Part shown: positions 37,609 through 62,974 of the stretch, one piece after another
Numbering within the stretch: the first letter of the stretch is position 1
Layout of the letters: each line of letters opens with the position of its first letter
Origin: Macrostomum lignano
Taxonomy: Eukaryota
DNA length: 64,000 nucleotides
Direction: 5' to 3'
Assembly (NCBI GenBank): GCA_002269645.1
Contig: NIVC01003218.1
Span: 1 to 64,000 of the forward strand
The notes under the pieces: model-generated
What the model saw: only the letters and a program-made list of their open reading frames with translations
Database searches by the model: none
Told to the model about the DNA's origin: nothing
Made by a program: the position numbers and the translations under genes

Positions 37609-39850
37609 CGTCCTGGACTGACTATGATCCATATTCGGTCCTGGACTGTCTATGATCAATATTCGTCCTGGACTGTCTATGATCAATATTCGGTCCTGGA
37701 CTGTCTATGATCCATATTTGTCCTGGACTGTCTATGATCCATATTCGTCCTGGACTGTCTATGATCCATATTCGTCCTGGACTGTCTATGATCCATATTC
37801 GGTCCTGGACTGTCTATGATCCATATTTGTCCTGGACTGTCTATGATCCATATTCGTCCTGGACTGTCTATGATCAATATTTGTCCTGGACTGTCTATGA
37901 TCAATATTCGTCCTAGACTGTCTATGATCAATATTCGGTCCTGGACTGTCGATGATCCATATTCGTCCTGGACTGTCGATGATCCATATTGGGTCCTGGA
38001 CTGTCTATGATCTATATTCGGTCCTGGACTGTCGATGATCCATATTCGTCCTGGACTGTCGATGATCCATATTCGTCCTGGACTGTCGATGATCCATATT
38101 GGGTCCTGGACTGTCTATGATCTATATTCGGTCCTGGACTGTCGATGATCCATATTCGTCCTGGACTGTCTATGATCCATATTCGGTCCTGGACTGTCTA
38201 TGATCCATATTCGGTCCTGGACTGTCTATGATCAATATTCGTCCTGGACTGTCTATGATCAATATTCGGTCCTGGACTGTCGATGATCCATATTCGTCCT
38301 GGACTGTCGATGATCCATATTGGGTCCTGGACTGTCTATGATCTATATTCGGTCCTGGACTGTCGATGATCCATATTCGTCCTGGACTGTCTATGATCCA
38401 TATTCGGTCCTGGACTGTCTATGATCCATATTCGGTCCTGGACTGTCTATGATCAATATTCGTCCTGGACTGTCTATGATCAATATTCGGTCCTGGACTG
38501 TCGACGATCCATATTCGGTCCTGGACTGTCTATGATCAATATTCGTCCTGGACTGTCTATGATCAATATTCGGTCCTGGACTGTCTATGATCAATATTCG
38601 GTCCTGGACTGTCGATGATCCATATTCGTCCTGGACTGTCGATGATCCATATTGGGTCCTGGACTGTCTATGATCTATATTCGGTCCTGGACTGTCGATG
38701 ATCCATATTCGTCCTAGACAGTCTATGATCCATATTCGGTCCTGGACTGTCTATGATCCATATTCGGTCCTGGACTGTCTATGATCCATATTCGTCCTGG
38801 ACTGTCGATGATCCATATTGGGTCCTGGACTGTCTATGATCTATATTCGGTCCTGGACTGTCTATGATCAATATTCGTCCTGGACTGTCTATGATCAATA
38901 TTCGGTCCTGGACTGTCGATGATCCATATTGGGTCCTGGACTGTCTATGATCTATATTCGGTCCTGGACTGTCGATGATCCATATTCGTCCTGGACTGTC
39001 TATGATCCATATTCGGTCCTGGACTGTCTATGATCCATATTCGTCCTGGACTGTCTATGATCCATATTCGGTCCTGGACTGTCGATGATCCATATTCGTC
39101 CTGGACTGTCTATGATCCATATTCGTCCTAGACTGTCTATGATCCATATTCGTCCTAGACTGTCTATGATCCATATTCGTCCTAGACTGTCTATGATCCA
39201 TATTCGGTCCTGGACTGTCTATGATCCATATTCGTCCTAGACTGTCTATGATCTATATTCATCCTGGACTGTCTATGATCCATATTCGTCCTAGACTGTC
39301 TATGATCCATATTCGTCCTGGACTGTCTATGATCCATATTCGGTCCTGGACTGTCGATGATCCATATTCGTCCTGGACTGTCTATGATCCATATTCGGTC
39401 CTGGACTGTCTATGATCCATATTCGTCCTAGACTGTCTATGATCTATATTCATCCTGGACTGTCTATGATCCATATTCGTCCTAGACTGTCGATGATCCA
39501 TATTCGTCCTGGACTGTCTATGATCCATATTCGTCCTGGACTGTCTATGATCCATATTCGTCCTGGACTGTCTATGATCCATATTCGGTCCTGGACTGTC
39601 TATGATCCATATTCGTCCTGGACTGTCGATGATCCATATTCGTCCTGGACTGTCTATGGTCCCTGTTCACACTGGACTGTCTATGGTCCCTGTTCACACT
39701 GGACTGTCTATGGTCCCTGTTCACACTGGACTGTCTATGGTCCCTGTTCACACTGGACTGTCTATGGTCCCTGTTCACACTGGACTGTCTATGGTCCCTG
39801 TTCACACTGGACTGTCTATGGTCCCTGTTCACACTGGCCATCCTGGACTG
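37609..39850. repeat. 24-25-bp satellite (TCCTGGACTGTCTATGATCCATATTCG[G])n switching at ~39650 to a related unit (CTGGACTGTCTATGGTCCCTGTTCACA)
   Basis: About 80 copies plus about 7 of the derived unit; intergenic. Confidence 0.97.
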
Positions 39851-40505
39851 TTCCCTGTCCCTGTCCCCTCTCCTTTGAACTCCGTTTCTCCGGATTCTCG
39901 TTTTTCCTGTACTGATTTTGCGGATGGCTGAATATGTGCCTCTTTGCGTTGTAAATTTCATTATTGTAGACTGGCTTTGTTAATTCTCGTACTTGACAAT
40001 ATTGAGTGTTTAATCTCAAGTCAGGCTGATAAATATTGACTAAAATAACCAGCTAGTGATTGCTGAGCTTGCAGAGCAGAGTTTTCAGATCCAGCAGCAA
40101 CCCCAGCTCTGCTCAGCTCTGATCAAAGTTTATTTCGTGCATTTTCATATAAAACTGGTGAGGCGCGAGCAGCTGACGCAGACACGCGCACAAGCTTAGC
40201 TAGCGCGATTGAAAGGACAAGCAAATAAAAAAGCCATTTAAGAGTTAAACAAAGAGTTGTGCGCATTGGAATCCATGCCCCGCAGATAAACCCAATAGAC
40301 TGGAAAATAGTTAAGCCGGGCTGTTTATTGTCTCTGTGGTAGGCTGAAATTCTTGAAATTCATATGCAAGTTTTTGGAGGCTCTTAAACGGACTCGAAGA
40401 TTGTTTCTGAGTGAGACAACCGCACATGCAGGTGCCCGCGCCCTGGTTCACCGATCTCTGTTTCCACTATTTTCACTTCACGGGGATCAGCGAGATAGGT
40501 AGCTA

Positions 40506-40801
40506 GGTGTGGGATAGGCAGGTGTGGGATAGGCAGGTGTGGGATAGGCAGGTGTGGGATAGGCAGGTGTGGGATAGGCAGGTGTGGGATAGGCAGGTGT
40601 GGGATAGGCAGGTGTGGGATAGGCAGGTGTGGGATAGGCAGGTGTGGGATAGGCAGGTGTGGGATAGGCAGGTGTGGGATAGGCAGGTGTGGGATGGGCA
40701 GGTGTGGGAAAGGCAGGTGTGGGAAAGGCAGGTGTGGGAAAGGCAGGTGTGGGAAAGGCAGGTGTGGGAAAGGCAGGTGTGGGAAAGCCAGGTGTGGGAA
40801 A
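40506..40801. repeat. 15-bp minisatellite (GGATAGGCAGGTGTG)n
   Basis: About 20 copies, starting about 30 nt after the predicted kinase stop codon (likely 3' UTR). Confidence 0.96.
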
Positions 40802-40833
40802 GGCTATTATTTCGGTCGCGCCAAGCGACAGGA

Positions 40834-53216
<12,383 letters not shown>

Positions 53217-54208
53217 CGGGCAGCTCGCCGACACGGGCAGCCGCTACTGGATCAGCATTCGTCAGTCTCTTTGTTCGGATGCGAGGAGAGCTGCTAAAAA
53301 TTTACTGCAGGCGCAGCGCCGACCGTCTGTCTGTGGCCACTCCCGCTGGCAGCCCCGCCGGATTAAGTGGTCCGGCCGCCGCCACCCCAGCCTCCGCCCC
53401 TGTCTGCGGGTTTCCATAGGGTACGCGGCGACCAGTCGCCGACTTTCTAGCAGGCTGAGAAAGACCAGCATGAGCCTCTCTCTCTCTCGCCCAGCCCGCG
53501 AGCGAGCAGTGTTCTGTTTCAGCCTCGCCCATGAGACCCTCTCCGTCTTGCTGCCCTCTCTCGGATGCGGCTTCTCCTATTCCCAGTCTCTTTCTCCCTC
53601 GGCCGCCTCTCTCTCTCTCCGGGTTCCTCTTGACACCGACTGATCCCCCGTGGCCGCCGCCTCCCGAGCCGGCCGCCCCGCCCTCGGGACCGAGTTTTTA
53701 ATCGGCTGATCGACGACTGGCGTCCCCTCTAGCTCTCTCTCTTTCTCCTCTCTCTGCGTTTATTCCAGCATTAGCGAGCCCAGCCCGCTCTGTTGCATTG
53801 CGCTCGCTTCGTCTGTTTCCAAATCCCAACTCCGATGCAAAAAATGACTCGGCAGCAACTGACTCAGCAGTCAACGCTTCATCTTCAAATTCCTTTCGTC
53901 TACTCTTGCCCCTAAATATCTGATATTGAATATATCTACGATACTACTAGGAAGCTCATCATTCAGTAGTATAGTTAGGATGCTTCGGATGAGTAAACGA
54001 TGAGTTTGCGTGAGTAGGTCTTGTGTCTGCAACTTCATTATCTGGGCACCTTTATCGATTGTTTCAACTCAACTCGAAACTGTTTAAGCACAAATAATTA
54101 ATAATTAATTTCCGAAGACTCACGGCTGGAGTTTCAACCCCAGTTGAAGGGGAAAAGAAATTCGAAAAAAACACGGGATAACATTGAAAAAGTTTCCGTC
54201 TCAGTCTT

Positions 54209-54216
54209 TATAAAAG
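54209..54216 (+). promoter_or_regulatory. Candidate TATA box of the DEG/ENaC gene
   Basis: TATAAAAG about 60 nt upstream of ATG 54277. Confidence 0.4.
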
Positions 54217-54276
54217 CGGACATTTTCAAAGGCCTGCAGAGCGGCAAGACCAGTGACAAGCATTGCCGGTTCTGAC

Positions 54277-57200
54277 ATGCCTAACAAAACTCAGGCAACG
54301 GAGGCCGAGGCCAGCGGTGGCCTGACGGTCCTCCGGGCCCTGGAACTCGCCACCCGCGATCTGACGGCGCCCGGACTCGCGAACGCTGCCACCAGCGAGC
54401 GTCTTCACGTGCGCTGCCTGTGGCTGCTGGTGTTTGCGGCCTGTCTCGGTGTGTTCTTCTTCCACCTGTCGCTCCTCGGCGGCCGCCTCGCCTCCCGGGA
54501 GGTCGCTTCCACCTTCGAAGCGGAGAGCGTGGACTTCGAGCCGCCCGACATGTACTTCTGCCCAGAGCAACCGATTTCTGGCAGCTACTTCTTGAACTTG
54601 ACGAAGGCCCAGGCTGATCTGGTGAACAGCATACTGAATGACACCCTGGGGCGATTTCTTCACATGGTTGAAAATTCGTCGCTGAACCAGAGTGAGAAAG
54701 AACGGTAAGGCCTTTAGTATCAATGCACCTGCGGACATGGAAATCTTGCAGCGTTGAAGAAGGCTACGCTCCGTTTTCTTAGAAACGAGCTGGGGGCCGC
54801 TGAATGAGGTTTCGACATGGACAAGTTCAGTCAAAAAAATCCGATCTCTCGTGAGCAGTCCATGCCCACAGACTAATATAGCTAGCTCGTAATAAGTAGG
54901 CCTTTAGTACGAGCGTACCAGTACACGAAAATTCACTCAATGACACATTAATGCGATCTTTAGTACCAGTGTGTCGCAAAGTTATTTAGAAGACCACATG
55001 CTCTTGTCCGTAAAGTCAGGCTACTCTAGTATGTTACTTATAAGAGATGTGGCTTGCAGCAGAATCCAGCATTGAGAACGGGGCTGTCTTTGGAGCCAGA
55101 TTACAATGCTTTTAAAATCGCCCAAAACGTTCTCATTAAATTAAGCGTTTGATAAGGACTGAAAATTCAATGAAGGCGAGTTTTAATTTCAAAACTCTGC
55201 TCCATAAAAGATTGACTGGCACCAAAACTTCTAAATGACTTTAACTCAAATCTGCAGCCTCTTCAGGGAGAGCTCGGCCGAGGTGGCCGTGACCTCACTG
55301 CCGTTCTGGCTGCTGACGGACCTACTGGGCCATCGGGCGGAGCAGACCTTCATCTCGGCTCGACTTATCGATCCTTCGAGAGGACTCGACGCTTCTCAGG
55401 CAAGGGGCGCACCGGGGCACTGCTCACCAGGGCTTGAAGCGATTGACTAAAAATAGACACCATCACATCAATTTCTCACGGGCAGCCGCACCAGCTCTCA
55501 TTAAAGCTCTATTTTTGAGTCCTTTAGACTCGGTTTGTTTGTCGTTTGTGCGTTTTTCGAACGAGTTTTTGTGCCTCACGAATTGGAAGTGATTTGATTT
55601 GCATCGATTTTGCCTGCAGCGTGTCAGATTGTTTAAGATTTGCAAATTCCAAAGTGACTGTGGATAAAATTAGTACGGTCTGTGAGATCTGGAAAATTGT
55701 CTTCCAGACACGATTTTTAGAATTAGCACCGGTGGACTGGAAGCTACTCTTGGAAGGTAGAAGGTGGAAACGCCCCCCCCTTTGACGCCAGTGTAGCAAC
55801 AATTTTTGAAAATTTACACTTCGAAGATGGGTCAAGATTTATCACCTGTTTGAGAAATTATTTGCCGTCTGAAAGTTTTAAAAGATTTTTTGAAGGTGCT
55901 CCACTCTAGACGCCTCGTTCCTATCCTGAATGAGGGGGTGGGTGACTTGTGAGCCGGATTTGATTGGCTGGCTGAGGAGTGGGGTGGGTTGGTGACTTGT
56001 GATCCGGATTTGATTGGCTGGCTAAGGAGTGGGGTGGGTTGGTGACTTGTGATCCGGATTTGATTGGCTGGCTGAGGAGTGGAGGGGGTTGGTGACTTGT
56101 GATCCGGATTTGATTGGCTGGCTGAGGAGTGGGGTGGGTTGGTGACTTGTGATCCGGATTTGATTGGCTGGCTAAGGAGTGGGGTGGGTTGGTGACTTGT
56201 GATCAGGATTTGATTGGCTGGCTGAGGAGTGGAGGGGGTTGGTGACTTGTGATCCGGATTTGATTGGCTGGCTGAGGAGTGGGGTGGGTTGGTGACTTGT
56301 AAGCCGGATTTGATTGGCTGGCTGAGGAGTGGGGTGGGTTGGTGACTTGTGAGCCGGATTTGATTGGTTGGCTGAGGAGTGGGGTGGGTTTGTGACTTGT
56401 AAGCCGGATTTGATTGGCTGGCTGAGGAGTGGGGTGGGTTGGTGACTTGTAAGCCGGATTTGATTGGCTGGCTAAGGAGTGGGGTGGGTTGGTGACTTGT
56501 GAGCTGGCTTTGATTGGCTGGGTGAATAGTGTGGTAGGCGACTTGAGCGTTGGCTCTCATGGGCGTAAATCGCACAGGGCGCAGAGCAAAACTGCCAAAT
56601 TTAAGCTTCGGTTAAGAATACCATTGTTAAATTATTTTGCTAAGCCATTCACTCAAACTCCATCCAGGACCTGACGATGCGACCGTTCCCCCATCCGGAG
56701 CACGTGACCTGCTTCCGCGCCGAGCTCACGCCGGCCAACCGCAGCCGAATGCGCAGTCTGGAAGTCTACGCCGACTTCCAGCTGCTGCTGGACCGGTTCC
56801 ACGCCTGGCTGCCCCGAGGCCCCAATGCGGTGCTTAGCCTGCTGCACTGGTGGCCAGCCGACAGCCCGCCTACGCCACTGATGCCCTCGGACTGGACGCT
56901 GGTTGACCTGCTGCCGCTGGACAGGGCCGCCGGCATCCGACTGTACCTCCCCGGCGCAGGCGAGTACCCGAGCGGCCGGTTCGCTGCCAGCTTCCTGCTG
57001 CGGCCCGGCCAGCTGTACGACCTGCGCCTGACCATGCAGGACACCGAGCGGGCGGCCGACCGCGAGATCGCCGCCTGTCTGGAGAGGCCTCCGAGCTTCG
57101 GCGAAGTTGGCGCCGCGGTGTTTGTCAGCCCTCGCGACGGCAGCCCGCAGGAGTTCAACTACTCGATGGTGAGATCGAATACTGTGACTGTGCTGAGATT

Positions 57201-59788
57201 GTGATGTGACTGTGCTGTGACTGTGATGTGACTGTGCTGTGACTGTGATGTGACTGTGCTGTGATTGTAATGTGACTGTGCTGTGACTGTGATGTGACTG
57301 TGCTGTGATTGTAATGTGACTGTGCTGTGATTGTGATGTGACTGTGCTGTGATTGTGATGTGACTGTGCTGTGATTGTGATGTGACTGTGCTGTGACTGT
57401 GATGTGACTGTGCTGTGATTGTAATGTGACTGTGCTGTGATTGTGATGTGACTGTGCTGTGATTGTGATGTGACTGTGCTGTGATTGTGATGTGACTGTG
57501 CTGTGACTGTGATGTGACTGTGCTGTGATTGTAATGTGACTGTGCTGTGATTGTGATGTGACTGTGCTGTGACTGTGATGTGACTGTGCTGTGACTGTGA
57601 TGTGACTGTGCTGAGATTGCAATGTAACTGTGCTGTGATTGTGATGTGACTGTGCTGTGACTGTGATGTGACTGTGCTGTGATTGTGATGTGACTGTGCT
57701 GGGATTTTGATGTGACTGTGCTGTGATTGTGATGTGACTGTGCTGTGACTGTGATGTGACTGTGCTGTGACTGTGATGTGACTGTGCTGAGATTGCAATG
57801 TAACTGTGCTGTGATTGTGATGTGACTGTGCTGTGACTGTGATGTGACTGTGCTGTGATTGTGATGTGACTGTGCTGGGATTTTGATGTGACTGTGCTGT
57901 GATTGTGATGTGACTGTGGTGAGATTGTGATGTGACTGTGGTGAGATTGTGATGTGACTGTGCTGTGACTGTGATGTAACTGTGCTGTGATTGTGATGTG
58001 ACTGTGCTGGGATTTTGATGTGACTGTGCTGTGATTGTGATGTGACTGTGGTGAGATTGTGATGTGACTGTGGTGAGATTGTGATGTGACGGTGGTGAGA
58101 CTGTGCTGTGATTGTGATGTGACTGTGGTGAGATTGTGATGTGACAGAGGTGTGAATGCGATGTAACTGTGCTACAGTGGTGATCCCATCACTGCAGTTA
58201 ATTTCAAAAGGGTAGAAGAGAATGCTTCATCCTAAAGTCGGCCAGCACTTATCAAAAGCTTGGGAGAGTTTTCAAGCACAGCTGTGAGTCTGATCCCGGA
58301 CGGATCTAATTTTAGGCCAGTGAAAGCCCCGCTCTGTCTCAGCTGGGCTCGAATTTCCTTATCTTATTTTTGGCTTCGAAGGAGCTTCGGCTTCTGTTCG
58401 CTCCCCTGGTTCTGTTCCGAGGTCAGGTCAGCTGCCACACGCTCGCGTCGAACCACCACCCCTCCTCCCCCGAAATGCTCAGGCCGCCTGCTACTTCGCC
58501 GATCTGGCGCGGCAGTCTCGCGACCAGCTCAACTGCAGCCGGGCGCCGTTCCCGCAGCCCTGGGACCGGCGGGGCATCCGACTGCGCCGCTGCCTCAACC
58601 TGACCGACATGCCCGACGACGAAGAGGCGGTGCGGGCGCTGCAGAGCCAGTGGGGCCGCCCCTTCCAGCTGGTCGATCCGTCGAACGCCTGCGCCGCCAG
58701 CCGGCTGTGCCGGAGCCGCAGCTACGGGGTGCAGCTGTCCGCCGCCAGCTGGCCGGCTGCGGAATCGGCCACCCGCTTCGTTCGCCAGACACTCGGTGGC
58801 GCCAGACTTCAGCGCTCTGGCAGCCACCTGCCCGCCTGGGACTTCCTGCTGGACCTGTGCCACAGCTCCGATGTCGAGATTGAGCAGTCGGACAGCAGCA
58901 ACGAGTTCCGAGCTCACCTGGACGCCTCGCTGATGCGAGTTCAAATCCGCTCGGGTGAAGCCCGGAGCACCCGATTGACTCTCGGCCGCGGCTACACCTG
59001 GGCGACCTTCTGGGCCGACACAGGCGGCATTCTGGGCCTCTACCTGGGATGGAGTGTTCTCACACTGTTTGAGCTGCTCCAGTTTGTACACGACCTGGTT
59101 GCTGCCGTCAGGAATAGCCGCACCATTGATTCAAATCAACAGCTCGGAGAGGGGCAGGTGAATCAGTTCGGATTGGCTGGCTGAGGAGTGGGGTGGGTTG
59201 GTGACTTGTAAGCCGGATTTGATTGGCTGGCTGAAAAGTGGGGTGGGTTGGTGACTTGTGAGCCGGATTTGATTGGCTGGCTGAAAAGTGGGGTGGGTTG
59301 GTGACTTGTGATCCGGATTTGATTGGCTGGCTGAAAAGTGGGGTGGGTTGGTGACTTGTGAGCCGGATTTGATTGGCTGGCTGAAAAGTGGGGTGGGTTG
59401 GTGACTTGTGAGCTGGATTTGATTGGCTGGCTGAGGAGTGGGGTGGGTTGGTGACTTGTGAGCCGGATTTGATTGGCTGTCTGAGGAGTGGGGTGGGTTG
59501 GTGACTTGTGAGCTAGATTTGATTGGCTGGCTGAGGAGTGGGATGGGTTGGTGACTTGTGAGCTAGATTTGATTGGCTGGCTGAGGAGTGAGATGAGTGA
59601 ACTGTCAAAGTGTTTCAAGTCAAAAAAGCAGTGGTATGCGTGATTCCAATATAATACAGGTGTTAATACTGACTTATTTTAAATAGTAATTTAAAGTATA
59701 ATTTTGTTAAGTTTTGAACTACGCTGCCATACTTTGGTTACAGCGGCTGAGCCTGGCGCCCTCTTTCCAGTTTATTAAAAATGATTAA
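54277..59788 (+). CDS. DEG/ENaC (amiloride-sensitive sodium channel family) subunit, about 613 aa
   Basis: Exons 54277-54704, 55258-55399 (GC donor), 56668-57168, 58432-59157, 59744-59788 (1842 nt, in frame). TM1 VRCLWLLVFAACLGVFFFHL, FLLRPGQ, AC..NC thumb cysteines, TM2 YTWATFWADTGGILGLYLGWSVLTLFE. The last exon and the 58432 acceptor are less certain. Confidence 0.87.
55935..56520. repeat. 50-bp minisatellite (GATTGGCTGGCTGAGGAGTGGGGTGGGTTGGTGACTTGTGATCCGGATTT)n, copy in intron 2
   Basis: About 11 copies; same family as 59170-59590. Confidence 0.96.
57180..58170. repeat. 22-bp minisatellite (GTGACTGTGCTGTGATTGTGAT)n
   Basis: About 45 copies starting about 12 nt after the intron-3 donor. 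Confidence 0.96.
59170..59590. repeat. 50-bp minisatellite, copy in predicted intron 4
   Basis: About 8 copies, starting about 12 nt after CAG|gtgaat. Confidence 0.96.
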
Positions 59789-60281
59789 TAATGAATCATC
59801 GCTCACGACTGAAAGCGATTGCTATAAAAATCATTGTAGATTTAAAAATAAACTTGGAAGTACTTTTCTCTAAAAAAAACTGTTTTTAACCAACAGGTTG
59901 AATCTTCTTGCCTTTCCAAAAAAAATAAAATCGAAAACAGAAAAACAAACAAAAAGTTTACATTTTCAGCGGCGGATTAACCAACTAAACAAAGAAATTT
60001 CCCGTAATTTTTTTTTCAATGTAGTTCGCAAAACTTCACAATCTGCTTCCGTGTGAGTGGGAAACATTTGAAATCTGCTTTTATCGTGTTGAGAATCCGA
60101 CAAGCTGTTCGTCAACAGAAACTTTGTCAACAAAAAAAATATTTTTTGCTCTTTTAAATTACAAAATCAATATATTTCGTCGCTTAAGGGGTTCGTTTTC
60201 CCTTTCTGGGCCGCGTCTGCCGGTCTTTTGTGCCACTTGCTTTTACTCTGCGTTAGTCTTTTGGGGTTTAAAGTCCCTGAT

Positions 60282-61326
60282 TTAATCCAAGATCCGGTTG
60301 CCAATGCAACGGAGCTTTTGTCTATGGTAGCAAAGCTGGCACAGCGTCATCTAATTTGGTCCAACAAGCATCAATTTGGTCCAACAAGCATCAATTTGGT
60401 CCAACAAGCATCAATTTGGTCCAACAAGCATCAATTTGGTCCAACAAGCATCAATTTGGTCCAACAAGCATCAATTTGGTCCAACAAGCATCAATTTGGT
60501 CCAACAAGCATCAATTTGGTCCAACAAGCATCAATTTGGTCCAACAAGCATCAATTTGGTCCAACAAGCATCAATTTGGTCCAACAAGCATCAATTTGGT
60601 CCAACAAGCATCAATTTGGTCCAACAAGCATCAATTTGGTCCAACAAGCATCAATTTGGTCCAACAAGCATCAATTTGGTCCAACAAGCATCAATTTGGT
60701 CCAACAAGCATCAATTTGGTCCAACAAGCATCAATTTGGTCCAACAAGCATCAATTTGGTCCAACAAGCATCAATTTGGTCCAACAAGCATCAATTTGGT
60801 CCAACAAGCATCAATTTGGTCCATATAGATTCATTCGCAACTGCTGTGGAAAAGCAGATCAGTCCCTCAGAATTGTGGACCATATGCTGGGCTGTCGAAC
60901 GAGTGTGATCGAAGCGCTCAACAGAGATGAACGCCCAAATGACATTGCAAGGTTGCTGAATGTAACAGAAAAGGCGGTGCAAGCAGAGATCGCCTGCGAA
61001 AGGGTAGCAATCGCCAAGGCAAGTTGCAGGAGCCTCAGGTCCAACTGCTACTCGATGCAGTTGAGACGAACCCTTTGTTGACATTGAAGAAAATGCAGCA
61101 GAATTTAAAGAAACAGTTCCAGCTTTCGACTATCAGCAGAGCTTTGGAAAAGTGACTGAAAATTGCTGGTAGAGACGCTGAACTTCCAGCGGTACGCAAC
61201 AATCGCAGACGGTTGCGAGAAGGTAAGAGTTTGCCGAATGGCTCACGAGCGATTGGACCAAATTGAATGCCGCAGTGCCAGCCTTGCTACCATAGACAAA
61301 AGCTCCATTACCGTATATTGGATTAA
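60282..61326 (+). mobile_element. Non-autonomous TIR element with Tc1/IS630-like transposase remnants and an internal minisatellite
   Basis: Perfect 21-bp inverted core GGAGCTTTTGTCTATGGTAGC (60311-60331 / 61286-61306), extending inward imperfectly to ..AATTTGGTCCAA (right copy 61253-61266) and outward to TTAATCCAA/TTGGATTAA; remnant peptides VIEALNRDERPNDIARLLNV and LLDAVETNPLLTLKKMQQNL..STISRAL. Confidence 0.7.
60352..60822. repeat. 20-bp minisatellite (CAATTTGGTCCAACAAGCAT)n
   Basis: About 23 near-perfect copies at the inner end of the left TIR. Confidence 0.98.
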
Positions 61327-62544
61327 CTTCAATGTATGTAAGCCCAAATGGTAATGCTATATTAAAAAGGGGTCTTTAAATGTGAAGACAATACTTGGGC
61401 AATTTTGAGAAATGGGTCTTTCTCAAGGCTCACCTGCCAGAGAAAATGCACCGGTGCTCGGCGCTTCTGTGTGGTTATTTTTAGCTGCGATCATCTCTCT
61501 TCCCGAAGCATCTCCCCAGTCGTTAGGCTCGGAGAAGTTCGCCCCGTGTCCTGACTGCGGCTCAGCTAATCAAGGGGTTCGGCGAGACCAGCGAGGTGCG
61601 AAGAGGCCAGATCGAGTTGCTAAGGGGGACAGCCGAGTGCCGCCGAGCTGGAGTGGCGCCAATCACTCACGCTTGGTTCCCCAGCAGCGGGCAAGGGGCC
61701 ATGGAGCTCTGGACACAACATCTGGACTGCAGTGCGTTCATTCACTGTACACACAACACAAAGTCAGTAGAATTAAAGACTCCATAACCAGAGGCTAGTT
61801 CTATTTAAGATCATAATTCTCACTGGTTTCTCGAACAAGTCGGCGTTTCCACTCCAGACAGCTCGTTCTAGAACTCCACGGCCCAGCGGTCAGGTGGACT
61901 GGCTTATATTCGAACTGAACAAACTAAATTAGCCATTTCACTGAGAGTACCTGAGTAAACCGCTGTTAAACACTGCAGGGTAATGCTTGTTAAGCATAGA
62001 GCACACAATCAATTCGATCGAGTTAGTGGCCTCAAAGTTCAGGCTGCAGTCAGAGAGAGGAAACCTCCCGGTTCACCCTCCGGTGGTCACCCGCTGGAGC
62101 ACCTCTAGGCCCGAAGGAAAGGCTCCATCCGCCTGATACTATAGAATTAATTATGCATGCAGAATCCGAATACGGAAAGCAGGAACGGAAGAAATTTCCT
62201 GTCAAGGGATTTTCTCCCGGCCGGAAGTACCCTACCCAGGGGGACTTCGAGTAGTCGTCGGGAGGAGGTCCAAGTGGACGGTAGAAATTCGATGCATGCT
62301 GGCAGTGGCTGAGAAAATGAAATCGGTTCTCCAGCGCTGGAGTCAAGTGCGTCAGAAGTCTGTCTGAAGTCTCGCAGTTTCGATTCATTTGGTGAAGGCA
62401 GCCGCAACTCACAAGGAGAAGCGTGTTTTGCCATCGCATAATTATTGCATCGATGAGTCGGCATGCTTTACTGTAGCAATTTCGCAAATCAACGTGGCGC
62501 TGAGCAGATATGTACACATGCCACACATTCACGCAGGCCAAACA

Positions 62545-62725
62545 CAGACAACAATGACCAACGCAGACAACAATGACCAACACAGCCGATAACAGAGACC
62601 AAAACAGACAAACATTGACCAATACGGACAACAATGACCAACGCAGACAACAATGACCAACGCAGACAACAATGACCAACGCGGACAACAATGACCAACA
62701 CAGACAACAATGACCAACGCAGACA
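62545..62725. repeat. 19-bp minisatellite (CAATGACCAACGCAGACAA)n
   Basis: About 9 diverged copies. Confidence 0.88.
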
Positions 62726-62974
62726 AAGAGGCACCAGACAAGTGGTTGCTACTTTCATTTTATAGCTTTTATTGTCGGCTTTTGTGTATTTCTTTGATAA
62801 TTGATCTCAAGTTTGCCAGATCTGCTGCTATCGCAACGCGCCAGATAATGAGAGGGTAAGCCGGGGGATCAGAGAGCGAGGCGCTTCGCCTCTCTCCAAG
62901 CAGAAGGATTAAAGTTGAAAGTTTTTGACCACCGATACTCCTTCAGTTCGTCGTAGACGTTCGCGCCAACTCGT

